A DNA stretch of 63,404 nucleotides, filler included, from Saprolegnia diclina VS20 (Eukaryota), in the NCBI RefSeq assembly GCF_000281045.1. It is 12 parts of 7 records of this genome, joined end to end, with 100 filler letters (N's around TTAATTAATTAA, not from the genome) between each part and the next. Parts side by side here need not be neighbours in the genome. Positions count along the whole stretch, not along the records: positions 13,423 to 40,505 come from NW_008246202.1; 11 more parts are not named here. The stretch is one strand, 5' to 3'. Below are positions 21,980 to 34,002 of the stretch, piece by piece; within the stretch, counting starts at the first letter, position 1, and each line of letters begins with the position of its first letter. The position numbers were made by a program, and so were the translations under genes. Below the pieces are notes generated by a model. It was not told where the DNA came from and ran no database searches. It saw only the letters and a program-made list of their open reading frames with translations.

Positions 21980-23377
21980 GAGAACCAAAACCAAAAACCA
22001 AAAATGAGCGACTGGTGCCCAAGCGCTCTCTTCGCAGATTGTGCATTCGGCGACGTGTCGCAGCACCAACTTCAACACCGAGCCACTCTCACTCTCTCTC
22101 GACAGACTCTCCTCCGCCTGGTTCCGTTCCGGAGGCGAAGAGAAGGCATTGCCTTGGAGTGTGGACATTTTGCTGCACCGCGCGATAGAACGTGCAGCGT
22201 ACAGTCCTCTGCGCCTGGTTGCTACGATGTGTCCCGGTCTTCTACAGAGAGGAGAGTGGAAGGGCAACGAACACCCAATGGAGAAGCGTCGTCCCGTGTC
22301 CATTCGCGAGTGATCCTGCTTCTGCCTCCTTCGCCCAAGCCGACGGATACATTCTGCCAGCTTTCTATTACAAGCTGCAGAGCACGGGGCGCGCGCCGAG
22401 CAAGCTTCTCAGTTATTTCGCGTTCTTTTTCTCTGGGTCAACTCATCAACTTGGTCGTCTGATTGCTCCTTCGGCGTTGCGCACGGTTGTTGACGCGTCG
22501 ACGTCACCGATGTGGCCACGTGGCCCTCAAATGGTTGGCCGCGTACCAGGGTACAGACCAGGGTAGCTGGTGATCGGCTGGTGCAGCTCCTCCGTTCCAC
22601 GAAAATGCCATCAGTCTGACGTAGCGGTGCATCCAGGTTGCACCTCAAGACCAACACAAGCAGCGCGGACACGGCGGCCCGTGCCTACGGCTACAATGTA
22701 GTATGCTACTCTCGCAAGAACGAATTCGAGGCATTCCATCCTCGGACTGCCTCGACCAGAAACCAAATACTAGTAGACAGAGTGGGATCGCGGCCACTAT
22801 GTATTGCTCCGGGCCACCACAGCTCACGCGTAATGACACCCACGTTCCGCCGTGCGCCCTGTAGCACTGTAGCACACACGTAGCTGCTTGCACGCCCATC
22901 TCGCACATTCGCTTGGACCCTTGCGGAAATCCAGCGGGTCGCCACCAGCGTCTTGGCATGTAGTAGGGAGAGCAGGTCCGCCGGTACCGAGGGCCGACGT
23001 TTCTCTGTGAGCGGGGCACCAGAGGGCCCGCGGTGCTGTACAACGTGGGCTTGCCATCCAGGGTGCACGACAGCTCTGCTGATGCCGAGAGTAGGCGCGC
23101 GGTACTCTGCGATGGATGGTGCGTCTGTAGAGACGCCGTGCTTAGGACCTTGCAGCAACTAACGTGTACAGGTTGTCTAGCCAATCATCACCCAAGTGGG
23201 CGTTTCGTGATAGAACGTGCGGCTGGGACACCTCGCAGGCAGAAAGGACACGAATCGTCTCGTCATGGAACGAGTATCCAGTGCATGATGATCGCGTGCG
23301 TCCATGCTCCGACGTGCAGAACGCGCACGCCTCTTGGCACTCATTTGCGTTTTCCGCTCCAACCCTAAACACCCTAA

Positions 23378-23752
23378 ATGACCCCCGAGAGCGCGACCGA
23401 GGGCAAGGGCACGTGGACCCAAGACGAGCACCTCCGGTTTTTGCAGGCGATGGAGCGGTATCCGAACGGCCCGTGGAAGGCGATCGCAGACCTGATCGCC
23501 ACCCGCACGATTCGCCAGACGCAAACCCACGCTCAGAAATACCGCGAGAAGCTCGAGCGTCGACGCCGCGGCCTGCGCACGACCCCTGTGTTTGAGACGG
23601 CGCTGCCCGTCGCGCCCATCGAGGACGAGTTGGCGCCCGAGGTCTACTACCACACGGACGATATTGGCGTCGTGCCGGGCTTTGCCGACTGCCTCGATTT
23701 TTTGATTGCGATGCTAGACCCCCCGAGCGCGATGCAGCCGTCCTGTGCCTAG
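23378..23752 (+). CDS. Single-repeat Myb (SHAQKY class) transcription factor, copy 2
   Basis: GTWTQDEHLRFL...QTQTHAQKYREK. Confidence 0.92.
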   Translation: MTPESATEGKGTWTQDEHLRFLQAMERYPNGPWKAIADLIATRTIRQTQTHAQKYREKLERRRRGLRTTPVFETALPVAPIEDELAPEVYYHTDDIGVVPGFADCLDFLIAMLDPPSAMQPSCA

Positions 23753-24457
23753 CCCTAGTTCCTATAAGCTCACTCTAAGTTATCATTTCTCTCCGCGACC
23801 CGTGATGGTACAAGGCTGTGCCTTTGTGTGGTGGCGGTGCCGTGCGCAACTTCAGGATCCTGCGAGACGGGCGCCCGGCTGGTGGCCACCCTTCTTCATG
23901 TCTGGCATCTGCGGCGTCCATGCAGCGCTGGTACCGTTTCACATCCCCGTCCGCCCTCGGTGTAACTCGGGTGGCGTCCAACGCTTCTTTGGACACTCCA
24001 TCCACTTGGCTGACATTGCCCGTACCGGCATCATGCAGCGCATTCGTGTACGTGGTGTGGGTGTAGTCTAGCTGAGTGTACCAGTCTGTCTGCTGATCCT
24101 GGATCGCGCGCCTGGATGCTCCTGATCAAGACCCACGGTGGTCGCGACTGTCGCTGCTTGTGCGGGGAGCGACGTATGCGATACGAAGCGGGCCACGTTT
24201 CTATGGCTAGGAATATTGGTTGGCACGGTCGGTCCCACGACGCCGACGACGAACGTCGCTGCGTACCGTTCATAGAGGTCGGCCAGACTGTATCTGGGGC
24301 AGAGCTGCTGTGTGCGACACCTCGCGCCCAGCTGGGCCTGCCCCACATCTCGCACCCATGCACGTATCGCAGTACTACACATGTGTAATCTGAGTTTCAC
24401 TTTCCAATTCTCCAGTCACCAGTCACACCCAGGCGACGTCGCCCAGTTTTGAATCTC

Positions 24458-25273
24458 ATGGCTTCCATCTCGCTGACCCCGCCCGCATCCTTCAAAACGG
24501 ACAGCGCGGGCCTCACGCTCGCACTCTCGCCCCAGCACAAGATCAGCAGCCTCGTCGACCCGGTGGTCACTGCGCCGTCGACCGCCGCGAGCACGCCGAC
24601 GACGCTCGGCAATGACGCGCCCAAGCCCGTCGAGGGCAAGGGCACGTGGACCAAGGAGGAGCACGAGCGGTTTCTCACCGCTATGGAGATGTACCCGAAC
24701 GGCCCGTGGAAGAAGATCGCCGAGGTGGTCAAGTCGCGCACGATTCGCCAGACGCAGACGCACGCCCAAAAGTACCGCGAGAAGCTCGAGCGCCGCCGCC
24801 GCGGCCTCCGCACCAAGCACGTCGTTCAGAACGACATGGCGCTGCGCCCGACGCCGTACATCCCACCGTACCAGGCCCAGGTGGATGCATACTACCCGAG
24901 CTACCACAGCCCGTACCAGCACGTGAGCCATTACAGCAGCCAGCACCACCAAGTGCCGGCCCACCCGGCGCACCGTCCGCAGTACGAGCACAGCTACATG
25001 CCGCCGCCGGCATCGACGCCGTCGTACCAGGACCAGAGCCACTACTTGCCGCCGCCGCCTGTTTCGTCGCTGCCGCCGACGACCTCGTACCTCCAGTCGA
25101 CGACGCACTACAACAGCCATTACGACTCGGCGCCGATGAGCCAGAGCCTGAATCTGCTCTGGGACCCGATCAAGGGCGAGCAGAGTCGCAGCATGCTCTG
25201 GGATCCGGTTAAGTCGGACGCCGGCCGTGGCCAGCCCGTCTCGGCGCAGCGCGGCGCCTACTTTGCCGAATAA
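24458..25273 (+). CDS. Single-repeat Myb (SHAQKY class) transcription factor, copy 3, with long P/Y/H/S-rich tail
   Basis: GTWTKEEHERFL...QTQTHAQKYREK. TTTCACTTTCCAATT core-promoter motif at about 24395. Confidence 0.92.
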   Translation: MASISLTPPASFKTDSAGLTLALSPQHKISSLVDPVVTAPSTAASTPTTLGNDAPKPVEGKGTWTKEEHERFLTAMEMYPNGPWKKIAEVVKSRTIRQTQTHAQKYREKLERRRRGLRTKHVVQNDMALRPTPYIPPYQAQVDAYYPSYHSPYQHVSHYSSQHHQVPAHPAHRPQYEHSYMPPPASTPSYQDQSHYLPPPPVSSLPPTTSYLQSTTHYNSHYDSAPMSQSLNLLWDPIKGEQSRSMLWDPVKSDAGRGQPVSAQRGAYFAE

Positions 25274-26359
25274 AAGCGTTCCTCCTCCGTGCCTGCTTAG
25301 AAGGAAACACCAACCATCCACAACGCTGATCGATATTTATTATGTCGGGCTCCCGAGCCATGTAACATACACAATCAAGTTGCTACTACTTGTGTGCACT
25401 TTGGTCTTCTCGTCCGTTGGCCTGTAGACCAGAACCGCCGACCATCGTAAGGCGTCGTAGGTGCTAGCGAGTGGTAGTCGGGTGCTTGTATCACGTCCAC
25501 TGGATATAAATTGCCGCTTCGCGACCAAGGCGGATGCAGCGCTTGCAGCGCAGCCTCTGTCGGAAAGCCGCTCTGTTTCATTGACATGGCTGGGTGTGTC
25601 GCATGTCGGATACCAATCCCGACAAATGAAGGAATTTCCCCCGGAAGGACTGACCTTCTCTCACGAGCGTCTCATTCGGGTTATTTCAATAGCGGCTTTC
25701 CGCGATCGCAATGGCAAACGAGACACATTGGAGAAATTCCTTTGGCGGCGCGACACCATTCGCTGGATGCTCGGCGCAAGAAAATCCAGCATGCGACAAG
25801 CCGGTGGCGATGGGCCCGGGACATGTCGGCGCGCGCTTCTGCCCCCGAGCGTTTACTCACAGACGTGCGCCTTGGCGCCAGATGGGGCTGACGAACGCGC
25901 GGCGTTGCCAGCTGCCGCGTCAGCTGTGGTCGTGTCTGCGGCGGCGGCTGCCCTTTTTATTTCGACGCCTCGTAGCACCCACGCAATTGACTGCGAAGAA
26001 AGGGCTCATGGCGCAAGGTGGCCGCGGAGCAAACGCGACGAACGAGATGTCCCATGCTCACACTACACGCTCTCGGAACGCTCGGAAAAGGCCCGAGTTG
26101 TTGCTACGAACTGCAGGCTTGTTTGTGGATGAGACGACGCGCAGGGTTGCTTTGGTAATACAAACGTTGGGTCCAAATCGAGTGGGCTTGCACTGTTTCT
26201 GGCCGCTCGTACCACACCGACTCAGATGTCGTCGCGAGATCTGATCACATTTGACAAGCTTTGTCGAGAAAGATTGAAGCGCAGCGCGTGTTCCGTGAAA
26301 ACACATGTCTTGGACTTGGCGCTGGCCTGGACCGCCAGAATTGAATATTACGCAGGAGC

Positions 26360-26788
26360 ATGCTGCACCTGATGCTCGAGTCGGTTGACGCCAACGCGAC
26401 CAGTGCCGCCGAGGGCAAGGGCACATGGACCAAGGACGAGCACGAGCGATTCCTGACCGCCATGGAGATGTACCCGAACGGTCCGTGGAAGAGCATTGCA
26501 GACGCTGTCGGCACGCGCACGATCCGCCAGACGCAGACGCACGCCCAGAAATACAGAGAGAAGCTCGCACGCCGCCGCCGCGGGCTGCGCACCAAGCACA
26601 TTCTGCAGCCCGAGGAGCTTCGGGACATCTCGACGACGCGCCCGATGGCACCGAACAAGGCAATTGCGTCGCCGGTGGACAACGACGACGAGACCGGCGG
26701 CTGGAGCGACGAAGGCGACGATGGCTCGTTGCCGCCGCTGCCCGACTGCCTTGACTTTCTCATCGGACTCCTCGAGCGCGACCTGTAG
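26360..26788 (+). CDS. Single-repeat Myb (SHAQKY class) transcription factor, copy 4
   Basis: GTWTKDEHERFL...QTQTHAQKYREK. Confidence 0.92.
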   Translation: MLHLMLESVDANATSAAEGKGTWTKDEHERFLTAMEMYPNGPWKSIADAVGTRTIRQTQTHAQKYREKLARRRRGLRTKHILQPEELRDISTTRPMAPNKAIASPVDNDDETGGWSDEGDDGSLPPLPDCLDFLIGLLERDL

Positions 26789-27688
26789 ATGCTAGTGCGA
26801 TTGACTATTTATTCCAAGCAAACGATACATCCCTACGATGACAGATTACAGTATTTTTGCATTTTTGGAAGACATCCTGAGCGGTTTAGAAGCGCACTTG
26901 ACTGGTGGACTTGCTTGATGGTTTGTTGAGAGCCAGACTGCTGGCAAGACCAAGGCCACCAGCAAGCACCTTGGTTGAAGCCGATTACACTGGTCATCGA
27001 TGTGTCTCTGCAGCACCCGACACCCGACAGACGTGCTGTGGTCGTCGTCCGTCGCGGCCGATCTTCCGTTCACCTTGTCTTCGTTCTTGGCATTTTCTTC
27101 GCGACAATAGCGAAGACCATTGGTGTCACGTCATGCTCGCGCGATAGCCGCGCCGCGCCGTAATCGGCGGCCGCTCGTTACCTACGACGTGCCTTGTCTG
27201 TGGACATGAGGAGGCCACTCGATCCATTGGCCATCTGTGTTGCCACATGTGTTGGCTTACTGTACAGTTGATTTTAGATTTTAGACGTTCGGACCAGACG
27301 TCAGTTGTGAATGCAAGTCTTCCTTCCGCCCTCGTCGTTGACGTGTCGACCAAGAACCAACCCCTCTGTCCAGAGCTAGGCTGTCCGAATCTGCGCTTCG
27401 GCCAAAGGACGCAGACTCTCATTTCATATCGGGTCCCTGTGCCAATGCGCTGTCGACGATATATACACGTCTGCTTGGCTACGAGTCGATGCGCCGCCAA
27501 GGGTACGTAAACCATTCTGATGTGCCAAACGCCTTTGCTCGTCTTCTTCGCTGCTCGTCGTCTCTTCGTCGCCGTTCCTTGGCCAGCTGTTTGAACCTCG
27601 GACCACGTGGCGCTGTTCACGTTAACTCCCACTGCACCAATAAACAAAAGGGTCGCAGCCACGCCGCAGTTGCCAATTTACTCGCAAG

Positions 27689-28057
27689 ATGACGCTCGAG
27701 ATGACGACCTGCGACGTGTACGAGCCGTCCGGAGGCAAGGGCACATGGACGGCCGACGAGCACGACCGCTTCTTGACTGCCATGCAGCTCTACCCGAACG
27801 GGCCGTGGAAGAGCATCGCGCAGGTCATCAAGACGCGGTCCGTGCGCCAGACGCAGACGCACGCCCAGAAATACCGCGAGAAGCTCGCGCGCCACCAACG
27901 CGGTCTCCGGGTCCAGCACGCGTTCCGGCCCGAGACCGAGCCGGCCCCTACTTGCCTTGATTCGCCGCAGCCGCTGCCCGACCTTCCCGACTGCCTCGAC
28001 TTCTTCCTCGACGTCCTGGACGTCTCGTGGTCGACGGCCGAGGTCCTCGAGCTCTAA
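27689..28057 (+). CDS. Single-repeat Myb (SHAQKY class) transcription factor, copy 5
   Basis: GTWTADEHDRFL...QTQTHAQKYREK. Confidence 0.92.
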   Translation: MTLEMTTCDVYEPSGGKGTWTADEHDRFLTAMQLYPNGPWKSIAQVIKTRSVRQTQTHAQKYREKLARHQRGLRVQHAFRPETEPAPTCLDSPQPLPDLPDCLDFFLDVLDVSWSTAEVLEL

Positions 28058-28563
28058 ACCGTGCCGCCGTCCTATTTAATTGTTCCTAATCTAGACTTGT
28101 TAACCCATCGTATATCGGACGAGCTTGAAAACGTACCAGCGTGGGTCGAGTCAACAGAACGGGGGCTGTTGCATGCACCGGGTTCGGGTCATCTTGCCGC
28201 ATCAGATTGATAAATCCATCAGCAAGCATCCTCGGAAGAACAAGATGCAGTGACCGGCAGCGTGGGACTCAAGATTCCTGAACCTCATCGCAGTGCAAAC
28301 TCACAGCCCTGGTCACCGCAGTGGCACCAAGGGTGGTCAAAGTACCAGACGTCGTCGGACGCAGGGCAGACGAGACACCAAGCTACGATGTGCAGCTACT
28401 CGTGCTTGCCTGCTAGCTTGGCTTGGGTGCCTCTATGACAGAGGTCGAGTCACGCGGGAGCCAGCACACTGGAACGCCGGACGCTCGTGCTGCCACGCAC
28501 TTGACTCTATCGAACTGGAGGTGCGCGAACCCAGCCGTCAATTTATCAAATATAATGTATTGA

Positions 28564-30639
28564 ATGCGCTTTGAAACGCGCGCGCGTGGACCATGCTGGT
28601 CCAGCTGGTGCTTCGATTCGTGCAAAGGAGCTGCCAAAGCGCAGCCAAAGGAGCGATCGATGGACCGAGCCAACATCTCGGTGAGCTACGCCGGCGCCGC
28701 CAGCCTCGCGCTCTTCGGGCAGAACGACGACTGCCACAAGGTACGAAGCCGCGCGCTTCTGCGGTGGCTCACGGCGACGCTGCTATTAGTGTGCCCTCGT
28801 GCGCCTCCTTCCGGATGGCTGCACCGACGTCAACTGCTCGACGCTCTCGTCAGACGCGAGCCTGTACCTTCTCAACACGGTGTACCCGTGGAGCCTCGAG
28901 CTGCGCGCCGACGACAACGACACGGCGGTGCGCACGCCATGTAGCGATCGACCTCATTGCGCCCTAGGTCTGGTCGGAGCGCCGAACGTTTGCTGACACG
29001 GGCGTCTACGCCATGCGTGTCGAGGACGCGACGGGCGACGCCGTGGCCGTCACGTTCAGCACGACGGTCGAGCCGTCGCCGTCGCGCATCTTCCTCGTGA
29101 TCGGCCTCGTGCTCCTTGCGTGGTTGCTCTCGTGCTTTGGGCTCTTCTTCTACAAGCAGCGCCGCGCCCATGCTTCCGCACCGTACACATCCTGCGCTCG
29201 CCTTGTGGCCTAACGCAGGACATTCTAGGTCGTCCACGGGCGACCTCGAGGCTCCTATTGACTACTGCGGGGACGACGCACGCAGCGATGACGACACCCA
29301 CGAGCAGCCACTGCTCGCGCCGCCACCGCCGGCCAAGACGCGCGTTGTGAGTCTCGACGTCTTCCGCGGGCTCACGATCGTGTGCATGATCTTCACCAAC
29401 CTCGGCGGCGGACGGTACTGGTTCTGGACGCATGCCACGTGGAACGGGCTCACGCCGGCCGACGTCGTCTTCCCTTGGTACACCATCTTCCTCTCAGGAG
29501 CTAAGCGTCATTCTCTGGTAGGTTTGTGTGGATCATGGGCGTGACCATGAACATCGGCATGCGGTGTCATGTGAAGAAGGGCACGTCGCTCTGGACGCTT
29601 GTGCGGAGCAGCCTCGTCCGCGCGATCAAGCTCTTTTGCCTCGGGCTCTTTGTCAACAACATGCACGACCTGGACACGTGCCGCGTTCCTGGCGTCCTGC
29701 AGACGTTCGCCTTTGCCTACTTGCTCGTGACGCTGATCGTGGTCGCGGGCGTGTCGGGCAAGACGCCAGTGCAGACGCACCTGATCCAAGCCGGCCTCGT
29801 TCTCGGCGTCACGGCCATTTACCTCGGGCTCATCTTTTTCTTGCCCGTACCCGGTTGCCCGACGGGGTACTTTGGTACGGATCTCGAGCCAAATCAGTGG
29901 ACGATGGTTTCTGTAGGGCCGGGTGGCGATGGTGATTTTGGCGAGTACCGCGACTGCCTCGGCGGCGCCCATCGGGTCGTGGACCGGTACATTTTTGGCG
30001 ACGAGCACATGCTGCAGGGGGGCACCCCCATGGGGGTGTACGGCCCGGAAGGTCCGTGGGACCCCGAGGGCTTTCTCAATTGGCTCTCGGCGTCGGTCTT
30101 GACGTACTTGGGCTACGTGGTCGGCGGCGCCTTCCTCAATACAGCGTGCTGGGTAATTGGACAGTGCATATCGTGGCGTCTCACCCTCGCGTAGAAGCGC
30201 AAGACGGTGCTTTTGTGTGGCGCAGGCGGTGTCTCATGCCTCGTCGGGCTCGTTCTCTGCGGCTTTACGATCAACGACGGCTTCATCCCGATCAACAAGA
30301 ATCTGTGGAGTCTCTCGTTCGTCTGTGTGACGTCGGGGCTCGCGTGCGTTGGGCTCTGCGTCATGTACCTCCTTGTCGACAAGTTTGGCATTTGGTCGGG
30401 CGCGCCGCTCTCGTACGCTGGCATGAACGCGATCGTGCTCTACGTCGGGGTACGTACATATTGTCTATCGATGGTTTATTGGCTGTGCCTAGCACGAGAC
30501 GCTCGGGGGCTTCTTCCCCTTTTCGTACGAGCACGCTGAGACCCACACGGCGTGGACGCTCTCCAACCTCATCGGCACCGCGTCTTGGGTCGCGATCGCC
30601 TACGCTATGTACCGCAAAAAGATCTTTATCACGGTGTAA
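28564..30639 (+). CDS. HGSNAT: Heparan-alpha-glucosaminide N-acetyltransferase-like membrane protein, multi-exon; start uncertain (28564 or 28660)
   Basis: RVVSLDVFRGLTI, NLGGGRYWFWTHATWNGLTPADVVFPWF, RVPGVLQ, VPGCPTGY, WDPEG, IPINKNLWSLSF, GMNAIVLYVG; ends KKIFITV*. Confidence 0.9.
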
Positions 30640-30707
30640 CTCGGCCGACGATACGGAACCTACCCCTACGATTTCTTCACAATGGTTAAATAGGTCTATC
30701 GACAGTG

Positions 30708-31744
30708 TTAAAACTCGTTTTCTTTGTCGGGCAGACGGTGGAACGACGGCGGCGTCGGCGCTTTTGTGTGCTTGGGCAGCTGGTACGAGCTGTCCATGAG
30801 GCTGTTGATCGTCATTTGCGTATCGCGGGCGTTCCCAAAGGACGTCTTGTCTTCGAGTACATAGTTGTCGATCGAATCGTCCGACGGATGCGGAAGGTTG
30901 CGCAGCGTGTAGATGGAGAAGGCTTCGGTCGAGTCGAGCACCCGCAGCTGCCGCCGGCCCGTCATCGTCTCGAGCACCGGGATGCTCTCGCCCTTGGTGC
31001 CATGTGGGACGACAAAGGATGTGTTGGTGATAGGGCGCTTGGACTGTCGCCGGTGATGGCGCATGGTCACAGCGTAAATGACAGCGATCACGATCGCAAT
31101 CGCGAGCGCGCCAAAGAGAATAAAGTTGGTGGCTGTGAACGGCTTGGTACTCGATGCGGACGTTTCGGTGGATCCTATCATAAGAGTGCCACGTCACCAC
31201 TTTGCACTTAGTCCGTAGACTTGTGTACGTGGAGGTGCGGTTGTCGCGGCTGCACTTGTCGCGTTGGGCCGCAGCGTCGTTGCGTTCGATGGTATCGTTG
31301 TAGCGTTGGATGGCGCTGGAGTCGCTCGATCGAGCTGCCCCGTGGGGTGGTTCGGGTGTCGGAATAACCCACCGTTGATGTGCGCTGATGTTTGCATGTC
31401 AGTTCTTATGCGTCGACCCGTGAGACGTACTGCAGTCGTGAGCACCGGGCATTGGGCAGTTGTCTTGGTCGACCTTGGCATAGCACGCAAAGGCCCCGCT
31501 CGGTGTCAGGTACAGGCAAGGCTATTGCATAGATAAGTTGTCTCGGAAAGAACAGGGTCGATCAAGGTAGTATACCGGACACGGCGCGACGGTGCAGGGC
31601 CCGACACCGTTGGCAAGGCACGTGCTGGCGAGCAAGCAGAGGTCCGTTGTCGCGACGACGTCTAAATACAGTGAGCACACGACGCATGGAGGTAGGGCGG
31701 CTACGCTGCAAGAGGAAGACGAGGCACCACGCTGCTCGGCGCAT
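30708..31744 (-). CDS. Type-I membrane protein: signal peptide, small Cys-rich domain, T/P/N-rich stalk, one TM helix, cytoplasmic tail (multi-exon)
   Basis: Spliced reading: MRRAAWCLVFLLQ|..DLCLLASTCLANGVGPCTVAPCP|PCLYLTPSGAFACYAKVDQDNCPMPGAHDC|..PSNATTIPSNATTLRPNATS..|..FILFGALAIAIVIAVIYAVTMRHHRR. Splice sites inferred by eye. Confidence 0.6.
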
Positions 31745-32381
31745 GCTCCGCCCTTTGCCTATGGCGCGGGTGCGAGAGTGCTGCATCGCACAGATGGTGG
31801 CGCTGAAAGAACCACCACGTGGTCGCGTCATGCATGTCCAAACTGCCTCTTTCGCGTACTCGTCTTCCTACAACTGGGACCACCGCCCCTCTGCAACGTG
31901 TCTGCAGCCTGCAGCGTGGGCCAAAGCTGGATGTCCTTCGATGAGCAGCAGCTTGCTATGATATATGGACGGCCTGCACACTGAAGATCAGGAATCGTGG
32001 GCTCTCTCCAGAGGTACGAACTGTGCGCTGTAGCACAGGACACATGCAGCCATGACCGCTCGGAGTACCGTAGTTTTGTATGCTGGCGCTCGCTCTTGGG
32101 CTACCGGTTTGGGCCGAGCCACGCCAAACGCGTTTATTAGGTAGAACGACGCGTTGCCCCTCGGGCCGCAGCGGTCGTTCGTGATCAGTTCGCGATCCAA
32201 TGTCCTGCAGCCCAGCTTTGCAGCCCTCAAAGTCACGTTGGGGCATGGGCGCAGAGTGGGACGGACGTGCATGCACCGGTTTTCAGCGGCACGTTTAACG
32301 CGTTTTTATATTTGGCGGTTAAACTGGCGGGCGGGTGCGGGTTGGCTTCGAGTCCGGCCACGTCATCCAGAGTTTAGCGCG

Positions 32382-33957
32382 ATGCAACCGGGGTCGGTCG
32401 TCTTTGCGCTCGCCGCGCTCGTGGGCCTCATCGGCATCTTCCTCGCGCGGTCCGGGTACACGGGCAAGGAACACTGTAAGCGATGGCCCATCTAGCGGCC
32501 TCCTGACGCGCTCTGTAGCCGTCGGCATCGACCTCGGCACGACGTACTCGGTCGTCGCCGTGAACCAGAAGGGCAATGTGAGCGTGATTCCGGACGCCAG
32601 TGGCTACACGCTTCTGCCGTCGATCGTTGCGTTCAAGGATGGCGGTGGTGCGTCGTCTCTCGTCCATTCGCTCGGTCTTAGCGTCGTCTAGAGGTGCTCG
32701 TGGGCCGCTCGGCGCGACAGTACCGCAGCCAAGATCCGCGCCACACGATCTTCAACGCCAAGCGCTTCATCGGCCGCGCGTGCGTCCGTCGACTCTGAGT
32801 CTTGCGCTCATGCCTCGTAGGTTTGACGCGGCCGTCGAGACTGAAGCGTCGCACTACGAGTTTGGTCTTGACCGCGACGAGGCCAACCGCGTGTGCTTTC
32901 CGCTCTCGGTGACGGGCCACGCGACGCGCTGCGCGTCGCCGATCGACGTTGGCGCGCACATTGTGTCGCAGCTCAAGGCCTCGGCGATGCGCCACCTTGG
33001 GCATGACCAGGTACACCAACGTACCTTCCGCTTGCCGCGTCATCGTCATTGCATAGATTTACTCGGCCGTGATTGCCGTGCCGGCCAGCTTTGGTACCGT
33101 CTTCCTTGCTGCTGCGTGAGCTCATGGGTCGTCGCAGACACGGACCAGCGACTCGCGACGGTCGCTGCCTTCAAGGCTGCGGGGCTCAAGGTCGCCAACG
33201 TGCTCGTCGAACCCACCGCCGCGGCGCTCGCGTACGGCTTGGACCGCAAGCCCAACGTGCACTACGTCCTTGTCTTTGACTTTGGCGGCGGCACGTTGGA
33301 CGTCTCGCTGCTCTACCTCCAGAACGGCTCGTTCGAGGTCATCGACACGGCCGGCGACAATCACCTCGGCGGTACCGCCTTCCGCACAAGCTCCCTCTCC
33401 CATCGTTTGCTAGGCGAGGACCTCGACGACGTGCTGGCGACGCATCTCGTGGCGCGCTTTGAAGCACTCCTGGCGACACCGGCGCTCCCAGCGCTCTCGA
33501 GCCTCGCACGGTATGTCACCCGCAAAGGCCGGTTTGCCCACGATCACGTAGCACCTCGGACGCGAGCGCCTTCCCCTGCACGGTCTCGGGCATGCGCGGC
33601 GTGGCCGAGAAGCTCAAGCGGGACCTGAGCGCGACGCCGTCGGCCGCTGCGTCGTGCGTGGTCGAGGCAGCGACGCCGCAGCACGCGGCCGGCGACCTCG
33701 CGACGCTTGAAATGACGCGCGTCGAGTGGGAAGCGCTCGTGGCCCCGCTCCTGTCGCGCACCCTCTCGCCCATCCACGAGATGCTGAGTGGGAACGGCAT
33801 GGCCCCGAGCGACGTGGACGAAGTCGTGCTCGTCGGCGGCTCGTCGCGCATTCCGTGGATCCAGGAAGCGCTCGGCGCGCTCTTTGGCCGCGAACCCAAC
33901 GCCCACATTGACCCGGACGTCGCCGTCGCCGTCGGCGCGGCCCGCCTCGCGCATTAG
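32382..33957 (+). CDS. Hsp70-family ATPase with N-terminal signal anchor and no substrate-binding domain (HSPA13/STCH-like), multi-exon
   Basis: VGIDLGTTYS, IFNAKRFIG, LVEPTAAALAYG, FDFGGGTLDVS, VVLVGGSSRIP; stops right after DPDVAVAVGAA. Confidence 0.88.
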
Positions 33958-34002
33958 ACTCTTAGTTACACGATAGACAATTTGCCTCTTTTTCGATCTA
34001 GC

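Noticed and set aside
21980..22303. N-terminal extension of Myb copy 1 shown in the ORF track
   Set aside because: It spans an Inr-like motif and has non-coding composition; the downstream ATG fits the paralog lengths.
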